From: Obrimoposthia wandeli
Taxonomy: Eukaryota
Direction of reading: 5' to 3'
Assembly (NCBI GenBank): GCA_977020255.1
Contig: CDROCS010005499.1
Coordinates: 1 to 64,000, forward strand
DNA: 64,000 nucleotides
Shown here: positions 55,022 to 63,760 of the stretch, piece after piece
How the letters are laid out: every line of letters begins with the position of its first letter
Position numbering within the stretch: position 1 is the stretch's first letter
Position numbers and translations under genes: made by a program
Notes under the pieces: model-generated
Databases searched by the model: none
What the model was told of the DNA's origin: nothing
The model's input: the letters and a program-made list of their open reading frames with translations, nothing else

Positions 55022-55534
55022 TCAATTCCAAGCTCTTTCATACGCGTCAATCAGATTAAATGGTTTTTTTAGCAATTCAATAGAGCGTAATTCATACTTA
55101 ATACTTTTTGGTAATTCATGGTATTTTTTCTCAATATTTAGGTCTACTACTGAAAACATAAGTTTCTTCATCGTAAGAATTTGTTTTGAGATATGATTTG
55201 GTTTCTTCGTCGTTTCATTTGAAACTTCCAGCACTAGCAATATTCTCATTAACTCACTGTATTCAGGCTGAGAGCACTCTCTAATAGCACTTTGATTCAA
55301 ATAACCTAACCCTTCCGCTGCAACGTTAGGTAACTGTTTCAATTTACCGATCAGTGACTTTGAGAGCGTCTCACTCTGGCTTTTAGAAATACACTCTGAA
55401 TGTTTACTTTCATACTCAACGAACTTTTGTTGAAGAATAGCTGAACCGAAATTGAGATTATCATCTACAACTGCATAACTAAATGAAGAGCAGAACAAGA
55501 AAAAAGCCACAATTAATAAATAGTTAAACTTCAT
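55022..55534 (-). CDS. Exported hypothetical protein (second gene of a two-gene cassette)
   Basis: Signal peptide MKFNYLL…SYA; ATGA overlap with the upstream gene. Confidence 0.6.
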   Translation of the reverse strand: MKFNYLLIVAFFLFCSSFSYAVVDDNLNFGSAILQQKFVEYESKHSECISKSQSETLSKSLIGKLKQLPNVAAEGLGYLNQSAIRECSQPEYSELMRILLVLEVSNETTKKPNHISKQILTMKKLMFSVVDLNIEKKYHELPKSIKYELRSIELLKKPFNLIDAYERAWN

Positions 55535-55941
55535 TTTATTTTGCACCCATAATGAACAGATTTCCAAAATGACCTTTCTTTGGGGCTAATTTTACTTCTG
55601 ATCATCTGAAGGCCTGCAATAGTACTTATTTGATTACTAGCATACCTATCTAAAGATGACAGAGACTTAAAAAAGTACTCCCAATTTACTGAGTAGATAC
55701 TATATGACGTTTGACTTATATCACTTGATAAAGTTTTAGATGTAAAACTTTTCTCAATAAAATTTGAAGGTCCCTTTGTTTTTACAGCCAAACCGCCAAA
55801 AATCAACGCAAGTTGACCAATAACAATTGCTACCCACCCTTCTTTAAAATTCTGATTCATATCATTTATTGCATTAATAGCGTCTTGGCTTTCTTTATCG
55901 AAAGTCAGGTTAATAATAGGCGGACATATACTTTTACTCAT
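55531..55941 (-). CDS. Hypothetical protein with one hydrophobic segment
   Basis: ORF with 4-nt overlap to the next gene; cassette core GTTAGCG at 56108-56114. Confidence 0.5.
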   Translation of the reverse strand: MSKSICPPIINLTFDKESQDAINAINDMNQNFKEGWVAIVIGQLALIFGGLAVKTKGPSNFIEKSFTSKTLSSDISQTSYSIYSVNWEYFFKSLSSLDRYASNQISTIAGLQMIRSKISPKERSFWKSVHYGCKIK

Positions 55942-56145
55942 TTTACATCCCAATCTAGAACGAATATTTCTTCAGAATACATTGGTTACTTCAACCACAA
56001 TGTGAAGATATCTGTCCTCGAGAGCGACTTAGCTCAAATTCATCCCCTTCTAAATATCAATTACAATATTTTTGGAAGACTATCACATACACCCTTTTAT
56101 TGAGTGCCGCTAACGCCTAACATTTACTGCACATTAAAATTAAGG

Positions 56146-56346
56146 TTACCTCGTCCGCCCCCCAAATGGGTCGTGGATTGTCGTCATATTAGGCGGGGAA
56201 TATCAATTTTCGCTACCTCAATAGCCACACTAAAACGACTCAAATTCAAACATCACCTGCTGTGATATTTCTCAGGCTAATATTGCAGCATTTATTAACA
56301 AACGAGTACGTGATTACGGTTTACTTCGTGGTTCACACCCTTATCT
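56146..56346 (+). mobile_element. IS91-family (Y2) transposase remnant with right end
   Basis: KWVVDCRH, FRYLNS…LILQHLL and RVRDYGLLRG fragments; ends CCCTTATCT|GCTA. Confidence 0.75.
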
Positions 56347-56364
56347 GCTAGGCGCTGTTCACAA

Positions 56365-57354
56365 CTACTTAATCGCTTTTTTTATCCATGGGCCAATAAG
56401 GTCGGAAGCATTCAGAATTATTGAAAAATGATTTTCTTTATCAACTATTTCAATTTCCTTTTTTGCCTTTTTATCACTGTTTTTTTGTGCAAACATGGTT
56501 ACTTTTAATGGGTCAAACGCCTCATCTTGCTTTCCTATCCACAACCCAAACTGTTGTACATCAGATAATTGAATATCAGGCGAATGAGGCGTAACAGCGT
56601 TTGACATATTAACGGTGTTAAATGGAACAATTTCAGGGTTATCCCTTAACACTGCGTCTGGAAAGTTGAACCTCACCGCCTTTGAATGCCCTAAAAACAA
56701 ACCACCACTCATAGTATTTATGACAAAGTCTGACGTTTTTACTGTAGAAAACTCAAAGCCTTTATTTTCACCCTCATCGTAATTCGTCTCTGAACGAAAA
56801 CCAAAATATGGCGAGAGGAATACATACCCATCAACTTCAGCTTTTTGAGCCCAACTAGAATAATTAAGTACTAGGCCTGCACCAGCTGAGTGCCCCCCGA
56901 CAAAGATAGGAAGATTAGGATATTTATCACGAGCAATTTCAACCATTGTATTAGTGTCTGACCACACTTGTTCAACATTTGGAGTGTCCCCTCGATCTCC
57001 CCCAGATCTGCCATGCCCACGAATATCTGGCATATATACGGCTATATTAAAACCATCACGTAAACCAGCGCCGATGTGATTATAGGTAAGCCCACTATGA
57101 GCACCCGCTCCATGATAAAAAATTAGAATTGCTTGTGCATGTTGTGGAAGATAAGAGCGATACGCCAAAGAAACATCATCTGTTGCCTGTATATATTGAA
57201 GAGGTTCCATCGTTTTTTTAGGCGCATTTTTTATCTCAACAAGCGAGAAAAACTCTTCAGTATTTTGCTCATCTGAACTCGCGTATAAATTATTAGTCAG
57301 AGAAATAGATAACAACATTATCCCTGCATTCATAATCATAGATTTTAATTTCAT
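56365..57354 (-). CDS. Exported alpha/beta hydrolase (lysophospholipase-like)
   Basis: YHGAG, DIRGHGRS, GHSAG nucleophile, C-terminal ENH; signal peptide. Confidence 0.85.
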   Translation of the reverse strand: MKLKSMIMNAGIMLLSISLTNNLYASSDEQNTEEFFSLVEIKNAPKKTMEPLQYIQATDDVSLAYRSYLPQHAQAILIFYHGAGAHSGLTYNHIGAGLRDGFNIAVYMPDIRGHGRSGGDRGDTPNVEQVWSDTNTMVEIARDKYPNLPIFVGGHSAGAGLVLNYSSWAQKAEVDGYVFLSPYFGFRSETNYDEGENKGFEFSTVKTSDFVINTMSGGLFLGHSKAVRFNFPDAVLRDNPEIVPFNTVNMSNAVTPHSPDIQLSDVQQFGLWIGKQDEAFDPLKVTMFAQKNSDKKAKKEIEIVDKENHFSIILNASDLIGPWIKKAIK

Positions 57355-57469
57355 TAACAGTTCCTTTATTAAATAACTATCCAAAATTGGACTTTATTCC
57401 ATTAGCTCTGCCACATTAAAATATACAATATGACTACAAAGGTGGCGCACGGATGCGTATTCATGCGCT

Positions 57470-57525
57470 TAACACTTCACATCCCTACAAAACCCTTTTT
57501 CAATTCAATAAGTAGACACGTTAGT
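57470..57525 (+). mobile_element. Degenerate IS4 (IS10-like) left-end fragment
   Basis: CACATCCCTACAAA…TTCAATAAGTAGACAC shared with the 62316 and 63588 copies. Confidence 0.5.
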
Positions 57526-57635
57526 CACCTAAAAATCTTATGGTTTCATCACATATACCCAGATAAATAAAACAATACGAGTAGGATTCAAATACGGTAC
57601 AATGCGGTTTTGCAAACCCTGCTAATTGGCGAATT

Positions 57636-58037
57636 ATGAAAGATTGTAATCAATGCGGTAAATGTTGCATCAAATACGGAGGAGGTGACATTTCGGCGGC
57701 AAAAGATGAAATTGACCTATGGGAAATATTTAACCCAGAAATCTTCAAATTCGTTAAAAATGGTGAGATATGGTTCGATCCTGAATCTGGAACAATACTT
57801 ACAGAATGCCCTTTTCTTGAACTTGCACCCAAAATAAACGCTCTCGCCCCCAATAAATATACATGCAGCATTTACTTAAATAGACCTGAAGACTGCCGTC
57901 ATTACCCTAGTCTCATACCAGAAATGATTAGAGATGAATGTGAAATGATTGAAGTAATAGACTTGGAAAAACCGAAACAAGCTCAAAGAAGGCTAGATTT
58001 ATTGATGAAAGGTAGTCGCCCTCCAAGCTACTCGTAG
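57636..58037 (+). CDS. YkgJ-family cysteine-cluster protein
   Basis: CNQCGKCC, CPFL, CSIYLNRPEDCRHYP. Confidence 0.88.
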   Translation: MKDCNQCGKCCIKYGGGDISAAKDEIDLWEIFNPEIFKFVKNGEIWFDPESGTILTECPFLELAPKINALAPNKYTCSIYLNRPEDCRHYPSLIPEMIRDECEMIEVIDLEKPKQAQRRLDLLMKGSRPPSYS

Positions 58038-58071
58038 AACAAATCAACGATGGCATGTAATGACTTAACCT

Positions 58072-58178
58072 AAAACACAAAAGATTGAAAGCAAGATGCG
58101 TGTCACGACCTACACCAAACGCACTAAACCCCACACCAAAAATGTGGAGTAAAATGCGTCAACTTGTTATTTTTATCT
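58072..58178. repeat. IS4 left-end fragment fused to an attC left arm
   Basis: AAAAGATTGAAAGCAAGATGCGTG (transposase start) followed by …GCGTCAACTTGTTATTTTTATCT. Confidence 0.55.
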
Positions 58179-58185
58179 TGTGATA

Positions 58186-58545
58186 TCAAAAAGCAGCTTT
58201 CCACTGTTCAGTGTCAACAAACCACCTTTCCTCGTGAATTTTTCCGTCAATAAACTTGAATAACACTGAAAACTGAGAGCCAGATATTTTCTCAGACTTC
58301 CAATCAACAATCGAGATGACTTCATTTTCACCTTCAATTTGTCGCAACTCTGTTATTTCAAAACCAGGAGGAAGGAGCTCGCCAAGGCAATCCAAAGCAG
58401 AGCGGAACGCAGCTCGTCCTTCTAAAACATCTGTTTGCCCCGGCATGATGAAAACCATTTTCTCTGCGTAGTCAGCCACTAGCGTATCAAAATCTCCAGC
58501 ACCTACTGCTTCCCAACCTCTCTGTACAATATCAGCTAAATTCAT
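58186..58545 (-). CDS. SnoaL/NTF2-like protein
   Basis: GDFDTLVADYAE…LEGRAAF…FKFIDGKIHEER. Confidence 0.8.
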   Translation of the reverse strand: MNLADIVQRGWEAVGAGDFDTLVADYAEKMVFIMPGQTDVLEGRAAFRSALDCLGELLPPGFEITELRQIEGENEVISIVDWKSEKISGSQFSVLFKFIDGKIHEERWFVDTEQWKAAF

Positions 58546-58664
58546 AGCCCTTACCCTCATAATTGATTATTCATCCACAAAACACTCGGATTACTTGTTC
58601 CTACGGATGTGTGTTTTTTGAACAATTTAATTATAGAAGATACATAATTATTAGTTCACTAGAA

Positions 58665-58867
58665 AACACTACATACTGAAGTGGCATACCTAAAGGATTA
58701 AGACGTGTACGTGATTACCTGCATTAGATGATAAATCCGTAAGTCGAAAAGCTGATTACTTTTGTCCTTAGTGTATTCCGACCAAGATTAGATAGCGTTA
58801 TATAAAGTAGCTCGGGCTTGTTCAACACTTCGGATAGGTGTCGGCTTCACGACACATATCCTTATCT
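58665..58867 (+). mobile_element. IS91-like element right-end remnant
   Basis: IPKGLRRVRDY motif plus shared hairpin end, CCTTATCT|GTTA at 58868. Confidence 0.78.
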
Positions 58868-58882
58868 GTTAGGTTTAGTCGT

Positions 58883-59233
58883 TTAACCTAAATTTTCCCA
58901 TTTCGATAACTTACAACGTGAAGATTTCCATTTGTAGTAATGTGCTACTGCAAAGCCAAAGACTCCACCTATGGTTGATGCGGAGACAAACGATTGAAGT
59001 ATAGAAAATTCCATGTCTTGCCAACTGATAAACCACATTAACGTTCCGTAAATGAAGGTAAAAAAGATATATGATGTTAACCAGTTAATCCAAAAACTTC
59101 GATAAAATGGTGGAGGTGATTGAAAACCTAATTTCCTAAGAATTCTGATATAAATAGGGTTAGAACTGGATTCTCTAATTCCAGCTTTATTGAGCTCGGC
59201 ATGAGCTGCCTTCAACTTATTCTCATATGACAT
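58883..59233 (-). CDS. Cassette membrane protein (DUF6404-like)
   Basis: LRKLGFQSPPPFY…; C-terminal CKLSKWENL; bounded by GTTAGGT/ACCTAAC. Confidence 0.7.
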   Translation of the reverse strand: MSYENKLKAAHAELNKAGIRESSSNPIYIRILRKLGFQSPPPFYRSFWINWLTSYIFFTFIYGTLMWFISWQDMEFSILQSFVSASTIGGVFGFAVAHYYKWKSSRCKLSKWENLG

Positions 59234-59339
59234 GTATACTTCCTTCGGAAAACTCGAGCTAAACTGTTAATTTTACAGTAAGATCTTGATGACATGCTGC
59301 GAGGCAATTCAAATGTAAGTTGATTAGTTTCAGAAAAGA

Positions 59340-59447
59340 ACCTAACGCCTGCAATGTGGCCAGCTTTACACCACACTAAACTTGAACACCGTTACCACAA
59401 ATACCATGGGAGCTGAAGGTAAAAGGTCCTCGGCTATCCGATTATGT
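59340..59447 (-). repeat. Degenerate VCR-like attC
   Basis: R' GTTAGGT; interior ACACTAAACTTGAACACCGTTACCAC…ATGGGA resembles the bottom strand of Vibrio repeats; R'' ACATAAT overlaps a stop codon. Confidence 0.65.
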
Positions 59448-60209
59448 ACTTTTTTCGACGATTTTATCAAATCGAGTGTCCATACAAACACTTATATCTG
59501 TAGTAATGAACTCTCCGTCAATGTACAGACTGAAAATGGTCGCTGGAGTTGGTACTGACTGAGCTTGTTCCATAGTTTCAATTTTGATGATTTCCAGAGA
59601 CAAACCACGCTTTTCACATGACGCCACTAAAGACTCATTAACATGGTACTCAGAATACGGGCAGCGATTAGAAAAAAACACTACACACCCTTTGCGATTA
59701 GAAAGGATCCCTTCTTTGGTACATAGATTAAAGCTAGGGCGAAGACCATTAGTGCCAAAGTTTAGTGAGACAAGAGTAAAGCCCGATGAGAGAGTGTCAC
59801 ATACTTCAAATCCTTGCTTTAAATACCATTTTACATCACTCATAAAATGAAACTTTTTCGCCCCAACAACAGCAACCAAACCATTTTTCCCTTGCCTTTT
59901 GGCGGCTTCAATTGCGTCTTGTAATAGTGCTTTACCATGACCTTGTTTTTTGTACTTACCGGAAACCCAAAAGCAACCAAGCATCATGTAATTGGGCGCG
60001 GTTACTGGAACCCATGCCCTTTCAGCTGGACCATACTCAATAAATACTTTTGCACGCTCATCAAGACGACGAAATACATAGTCGCTTTCAAATTCCTTTG
60101 CAAGCCAGAGCTTCTTTAACTCATAACTATGAGCACACTTCTTATCTGAGATTGCACAACAGATATGTTCAGAATCGATATTATTTTTGGTAAGTGTAAT
60201 GTATTCCAT
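59442..60209 (-). CDS. GNAT acetyltransferase with YoaP-like domain
   Basis: EHICCAISDKK, CFWVSGKYKKQGHG, RCPYSE, PTPATIFSLY. Confidence 0.85.
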   Translation of the reverse strand: MEYITLTKNNIDSEHICCAISDKKCAHSYELKKLWLAKEFESDYVFRRLDERAKVFIEYGPAERAWVPVTAPNYMMLGCFWVSGKYKKQGHGKALLQDAIEAAKRQGKNGLVAVVGAKKFHFMSDVKWYLKQGFEVCDTLSSGFTLVSLNFGTNGLRPSFNLCTKEGILSNRKGCVVFFSNRCPYSEYHVNESLVASCEKRGLSLEIIKIETMEQAQSVPTPATIFSLYIDGEFITTDISVCMDTRFDKIVEKST

Positions 60210-60231
60210 AAATCACCTTCGCTATCCTTGC

Positions 60232-60347
60232 GCATAACGGCTGTATAACACGTTTATTACTATGCAAACATACTTGAACTTGACGCCTTAAAACGAGAAA
60301 CATTCGGAAAACTGCGAAGTAAACGCGTCAACTTGATGTTTTTATAG
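60232..60347 (-). repeat. Degenerate attC (116 bp)
   Basis: Top strand CTATAAA-A-ACATCAAG…AAACGTGTTATACAGCC-GTTATGC. Confidence 0.7.
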
Positions 60348-60352
60348 CAGGC

Positions 60353-60907
60353 TTAATCCCAAGGCTCTACAGAAATAGATGGCCAACGTTCCTTAAAGCT
60401 TTTGGTCATCTTCAAGTAACTCGTTTCAGTCATTGCTATTTTGTTGGGTCTTACTTTCATATTGAACGCATCTTCCAAACCATTCGCAGAGAAAATTTCA
60501 GGCTCTCCATGTTTGTTAAGCTTGAACCCAATAGCAAAAGCAGAAAGCCAAGAAGAAATGCCTTGTTCTACTGCTTCATAGGGTGGAATGACTTGACCAA
60601 ACTTTTGAGGATACCACTCATGCACTTTAGCCTGATTTTTTACATCAATGGCTATTCTATGACTCAGTTTAGAAGCGACTGTAGTTTCATACCATTGCTC
60701 TGACCTAGCATTCGTATTATCAAAATACACAATATCGAAGTCTTTAACCTTATCGAGTGGTTTACAACTAAGTAAATCATTCCATATTAATTGGGTAATA
60801 GCACCGCCTGCGACATAGTAATTTGGCAGTCTAATATCACTACATACTTGCGCTGTATCCATCAACTCAGGAACAGATTTTATTAATTCAATTAGTCGTT
60901 GTTCCAT
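60353..60907 (-). CDS. Nucleotidyltransferase family protein (DUF925-like)
   Basis: YVAGGAITQLIWN, KDFDIVYFD, DVKNQAKVH. Confidence 0.82.
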   Translation of the reverse strand: MEQRLIELIKSVPELMDTAQVCSDIRLPNYYVAGGAITQLIWNDLLSCKPLDKVKDFDIVYFDNTNARSEQWYETTVASKLSHRIAIDVKNQAKVHEWYPQKFGQVIPPYEAVEQGISSWLSAFAIGFKLNKHGEPEIFSANGLEDAFNMKVRPNKIAMTETSYLKMTKSFKERWPSISVEPWD

Positions 60908-60919
60908 ATTTTCTTGGTC

Positions 60920-60951
60920 TTCTTACGCTGTCAGAACACGTTTATTACTAT
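60920..60951 (-). repeat. attC right-arm remnant
   Basis: CATAGTAATAAACGTGTT shared with the 60232 site. Confidence 0.55.
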
Positions 60952-60973
60952 GGTAAATGGAATAGATAGCGCC

Positions 60974-61633
60974 TTAATTTTCGCAAAGCCTGTTTCTGAA
61001 GTGCTCGTGAGCAGCATCTGAAATGTCGTTTCCCATGTACCTGCGATCTAAATTTTTTGCCGCAATCAAAGTCGCCCCAGAGCCAAAAAATGGATCAACA
61101 ACTAACTCATTGTTAGCACTACTTTGAGAAATAAGCGTCTGGATGAGACCTACTGGCTTTTCAGTCGGATAGCCACGATAAACACGCTTAAATTCCAGAA
61201 TATCAGGTATACCTAAATCGTTTAACTTACGTTTACCTTTTTCAAAGAACAAAATGTACTCATGTCGAGCTCGATAGTGGTATCCCATACCAATGCTAAC
61301 CTTGTCCCAAATAATGGGTTTCCAGAACTTAAAACCAACCTTTTCGGCAATTGGTTTAATAAAAAACATAGTTTCTTGGTCACAAAATAAGTAAAAGTGA
61401 GCGTCTTTCTTTAAAACTCGGTAAACCTGATGCAAAAATTCTTCAAACCGATTATTTGGGAAGATTTCAAACCACTGATTACTCGATGACTTACTGACTT
61501 TTAGCCTAGTTGTTGTCCCTATTTTTCTGTGCTTCTCCAATGATTCATATGGAGGATCAGTCACAATAAGATCAACGCTCGCATCAGCGAGCGTTGAAAG
61601 CCAAGTTACAGCATCTTCTTTAAAAACTTGCAT
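60974..61633 (-). CDS. Solitary N6/N4 DNA methyltransferase (beta class)
   Basis: Motif IV DPPY precedes motif I DPFFGSGAT; TEKP. Confidence 0.88.
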   Translation of the reverse strand: MQVFKEDAVTWLSTLADASVDLIVTDPPYESLEKHRKIGTTTRLKVSKSSSNQWFEIFPNNRFEEFLHQVYRVLKKDAHFYLFCDQETMFFIKPIAEKVGFKFWKPIIWDKVSIGMGYHYRARHEYILFFEKGKRKLNDLGIPDILEFKRVYRGYPTEKPVGLIQTLISQSSANNELVVDPFFGSGATLIAAKNLDRRYMGNDISDAAHEHFRNRLCEN

Positions 61634-61749
61634 TTAACCCCTAAACTAAACCGCTACACGGACGTCCATTTTTATATACCCGAGAGGCTACACCTTTAGA
61701 TAGTTTACGACAATCTATGCAATAGCTTTGATAGCCATCAGGATTACGA

Positions 61750-62271
61750 CTAGTCTGGCAAGCTAAAATATTGATTTTGAAGCAAACTATCAAAACCAGT
61801 GTTATCTTTGATTATGACTTTTTCACATTGTGCCGACTCAAATAGACTACGATGATATGAGCATGAATTTTGAGTATCTCGACTGTAGTAATCTTCAGCC
61901 CAAACGAGCAGTTTTTCAAAGTTAATTTCAGCTTGCGCTGGTTCTAATTGCCTAGAACTTTCTGATCCACGAGACAGTAAATTTTCATGACAAACCACCC
62001 AAGGTAAATCTAAATAGATAAGTAATGTTGCTTGAGATAAAAATTGCTCGACCAGACTCCCAAAAACACCTTCAACGACCCATTCTTGTTTATTTTTGAT
62101 TGATTCAACTAGAGATGAGAGATTTTCTTCTGAACGTTTATGGTTGTAGCCACCAGGAAGCCAAAAAAGGTTATCAAGAGAAATCGGAGGTACGCCTACT
62201 TTATTACCAATTAAATTTGATAAATACGTTTTGCCTGAACCTGAATTACCATATATTAATATTCGAGACAT
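61750..62271 (-). CDS. P-loop kinase (FlaR/adenylate-kinase-like)
   Basis: GNSGSGKT, LDNLFWLPG, WVVEG. Confidence 0.82.
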   Translation of the reverse strand: MSRILIYGNSGSGKTYLSNLIGNKVGVPPISLDNLFWLPGGYNHKRSEENLSSLVESIKNKQEWVVEGVFGSLVEQFLSQATLLIYLDLPWVVCHENLLSRGSESSRQLEPAQAEINFEKLLVWAEDYYSRDTQNSCSYHRSLFESAQCEKVIIKDNTGFDSLLQNQYFSLPD

Positions 62272-62300
62272 ATCCGACCTTGATTGATGAACTTAATTTC

Positions 62301-63086
62301 ATTTAACGCTGAACACTTACGAATCCCCACAAAGTACCTTTGCAGTTCAATAAGTAGACACATATTACCTTCAGATCTAATAAATTCATCATAAACACAA
62401 AAGATTGAAAGCAGGATGCGTGACATTAAAAGATTACACGAATAGCTGGAAAACCAATGCCCTAACATTCACAAAAAGAGACTAAATTAACTCATGAATT
62501 CTGTGTAAACTTGCTTATCAAGAATGTACTTACGCTTACTTTTCGAAGACGTTCGCTTCCTTCTAGGGCTAAAACGAAGCACTGTATTAAGCGCGTTAAT
62601 CGTTTATTAGGTAACAATCACCTGCACCACGACAGACTCGATATTTATCGTTGGCACTATCATCAATTTTGTTAGGTCAACCCACTACCTATTGTCTTAG
62701 TCGATTGGGCTGATATTCACGAATACGAACGACTCATGGTACTAAGAGCTTCTATTGCTGTAGAAGGACGTTCTGTTACGCTTTTCGAGCAAACTTTTAC
62801 CTTCGCATGTCATCCTCATCGCTATAAAAAAACACCTAAAAAACGTAAAAATCGACGATTTATATCCTTTGTTAGGCTAGAAAAATAGGCCTTCCGACGG
62901 CTGGAATATCACATCAACGAACCCGTAATACGTTGGGCGCAATGCACCCTTATTCTAATGGCGAGGAAGAGTTATCGTGCGTAAATTATGTGGGGATTCC
63001 CCAGCGCCGAACATAAGTTGCGCCAGACTAACTAAACAAGCGCACAAAACTGCGGAGTAAAACGTGTCAACTTGATGTTTTTAAAT
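62301..63086 (-). repeat. attC interrupted by IS4 (88 bp when reconstructed)
   Basis: After removing the IS and one TSD: R'' ATTTAAA, L'' ACATCAAG, L' CTTATGT, 5-nt spacer, R' GTTAAAT; extrahelical base in L''. Confidence 0.8.
62316..63004 (+). mobile_element. Internally deleted IS10-like (IS4 family) element
   Basis: IRs CT(TAC/GGG)GAATCCCCACA; 9-bp TSD CGCTGAACA/CGCCGAACA; transposase fragments MRDI…LENQCPNIHKKRL, KTKHCIKRVNRLLGN, PIVLVDWADI with stops. Confidence 0.88.
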
Positions 63087-63091
63087 GCGAT

Positions 63092-63544
63092 TCAACGTAA
63101 TCTACACACTAACCGCAACATATCTTTATGCTGAATACCATTTTCAAAGATTGGTTCATCGTAATTATCGAGAAAAAAATCCTGTAAAATAGAATCTACT
63201 CTAAAACCGTACCGTTGATAAAACGATAATTGATACCCAAAAGCACCCGTTCCAAGTTCAACTTTACTGTAGCCAGTTGTAGATAATTCTTTTAATACAA
63301 ATTGAAGTAACTTTGAACCAATACCCTTTTTCTGATACTCCAGTTCTGTTGCAACATTATAGATTTCGGAAGTTGATTCGTTCAGCGGCTTAGTTATGCA
63401 AATACTCACTATTACGTCACCATCAAATGCAGCAAAACAATCTGAGCCGTCTAAATATTTTTTGATGCATGTTTCAGAAGGGTCAGCTTCAAGTAGTAAT
63501 TCCATTGGAGCTAACTTTGCTGATATTCGTTTAAACTGAATCAA
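63092..63544 (-). CDS. GNAT acetyltransferase cassette
   Basis: LLLEADPS, YQKKGIGSKL, LSFYQRYGFR, GIQHKDM; bounded by GTTAAAT and ATTTAAA. Confidence 0.85.
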   Translation of the reverse strand: MIQFKRISAKLAPMELLLEADPSETCIKKYLDGSDCFAAFDGDVIVSICITKPLNESTSEIYNVATELEYQKKGIGSKLLQFVLKELSTTGYSKVELGTGAFGYQLSFYQRYGFRVDSILQDFFLDNYDEPIFENGIQHKDMLRLVCRLR

Positions 63545-63587
63545 GCCATTTCCCTCTTAGAGCCCTTGAAGCATTTAACGCCGAACA

Positions 63588-63760
63588 CTTACGAATTCCC
63601 ACAAAATACCTTTGCAGTTCAATAAGTAGACATGCACCTTCTGATCTAATGAATTCACCTAAATTAAAAAAGATTGAAAACAAGATACGTGATATTCAAA
63701 CACTACACGAGTCGCTGGAAAATCAATGCCCTAACATACACAAAAATAGACTCAAAATGT
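63588..63760 (+). mobile_element. IS10-like left end, second copy
   Basis: Same junction TAACGCCGAACA|CTTACGAAT; MRDIQTLHESLENQCPNIHKNRLK. Confidence 0.8.

Noticed and set aside
12215-60703. Many short antisense or nested ORFs in the track (e.g. 12754-12942, 16011-16589, 20951-23160, 55813-56103)
   Set aside because: They overlap well-supported genes on other frames and have no motifs; treated as shadow ORFs.
62100-62468. ORFs 62100-62306 and 62256-62468
   Set aside because: One is antisense to the kinase gene; the other is antisense to the IS4 left end.
51655-63760. Dispersed repeats as a CRISPR array
   Set aside because: Repeats are long, degenerate and separated by whole genes; no cas genes; better explained as attC and IS ends.
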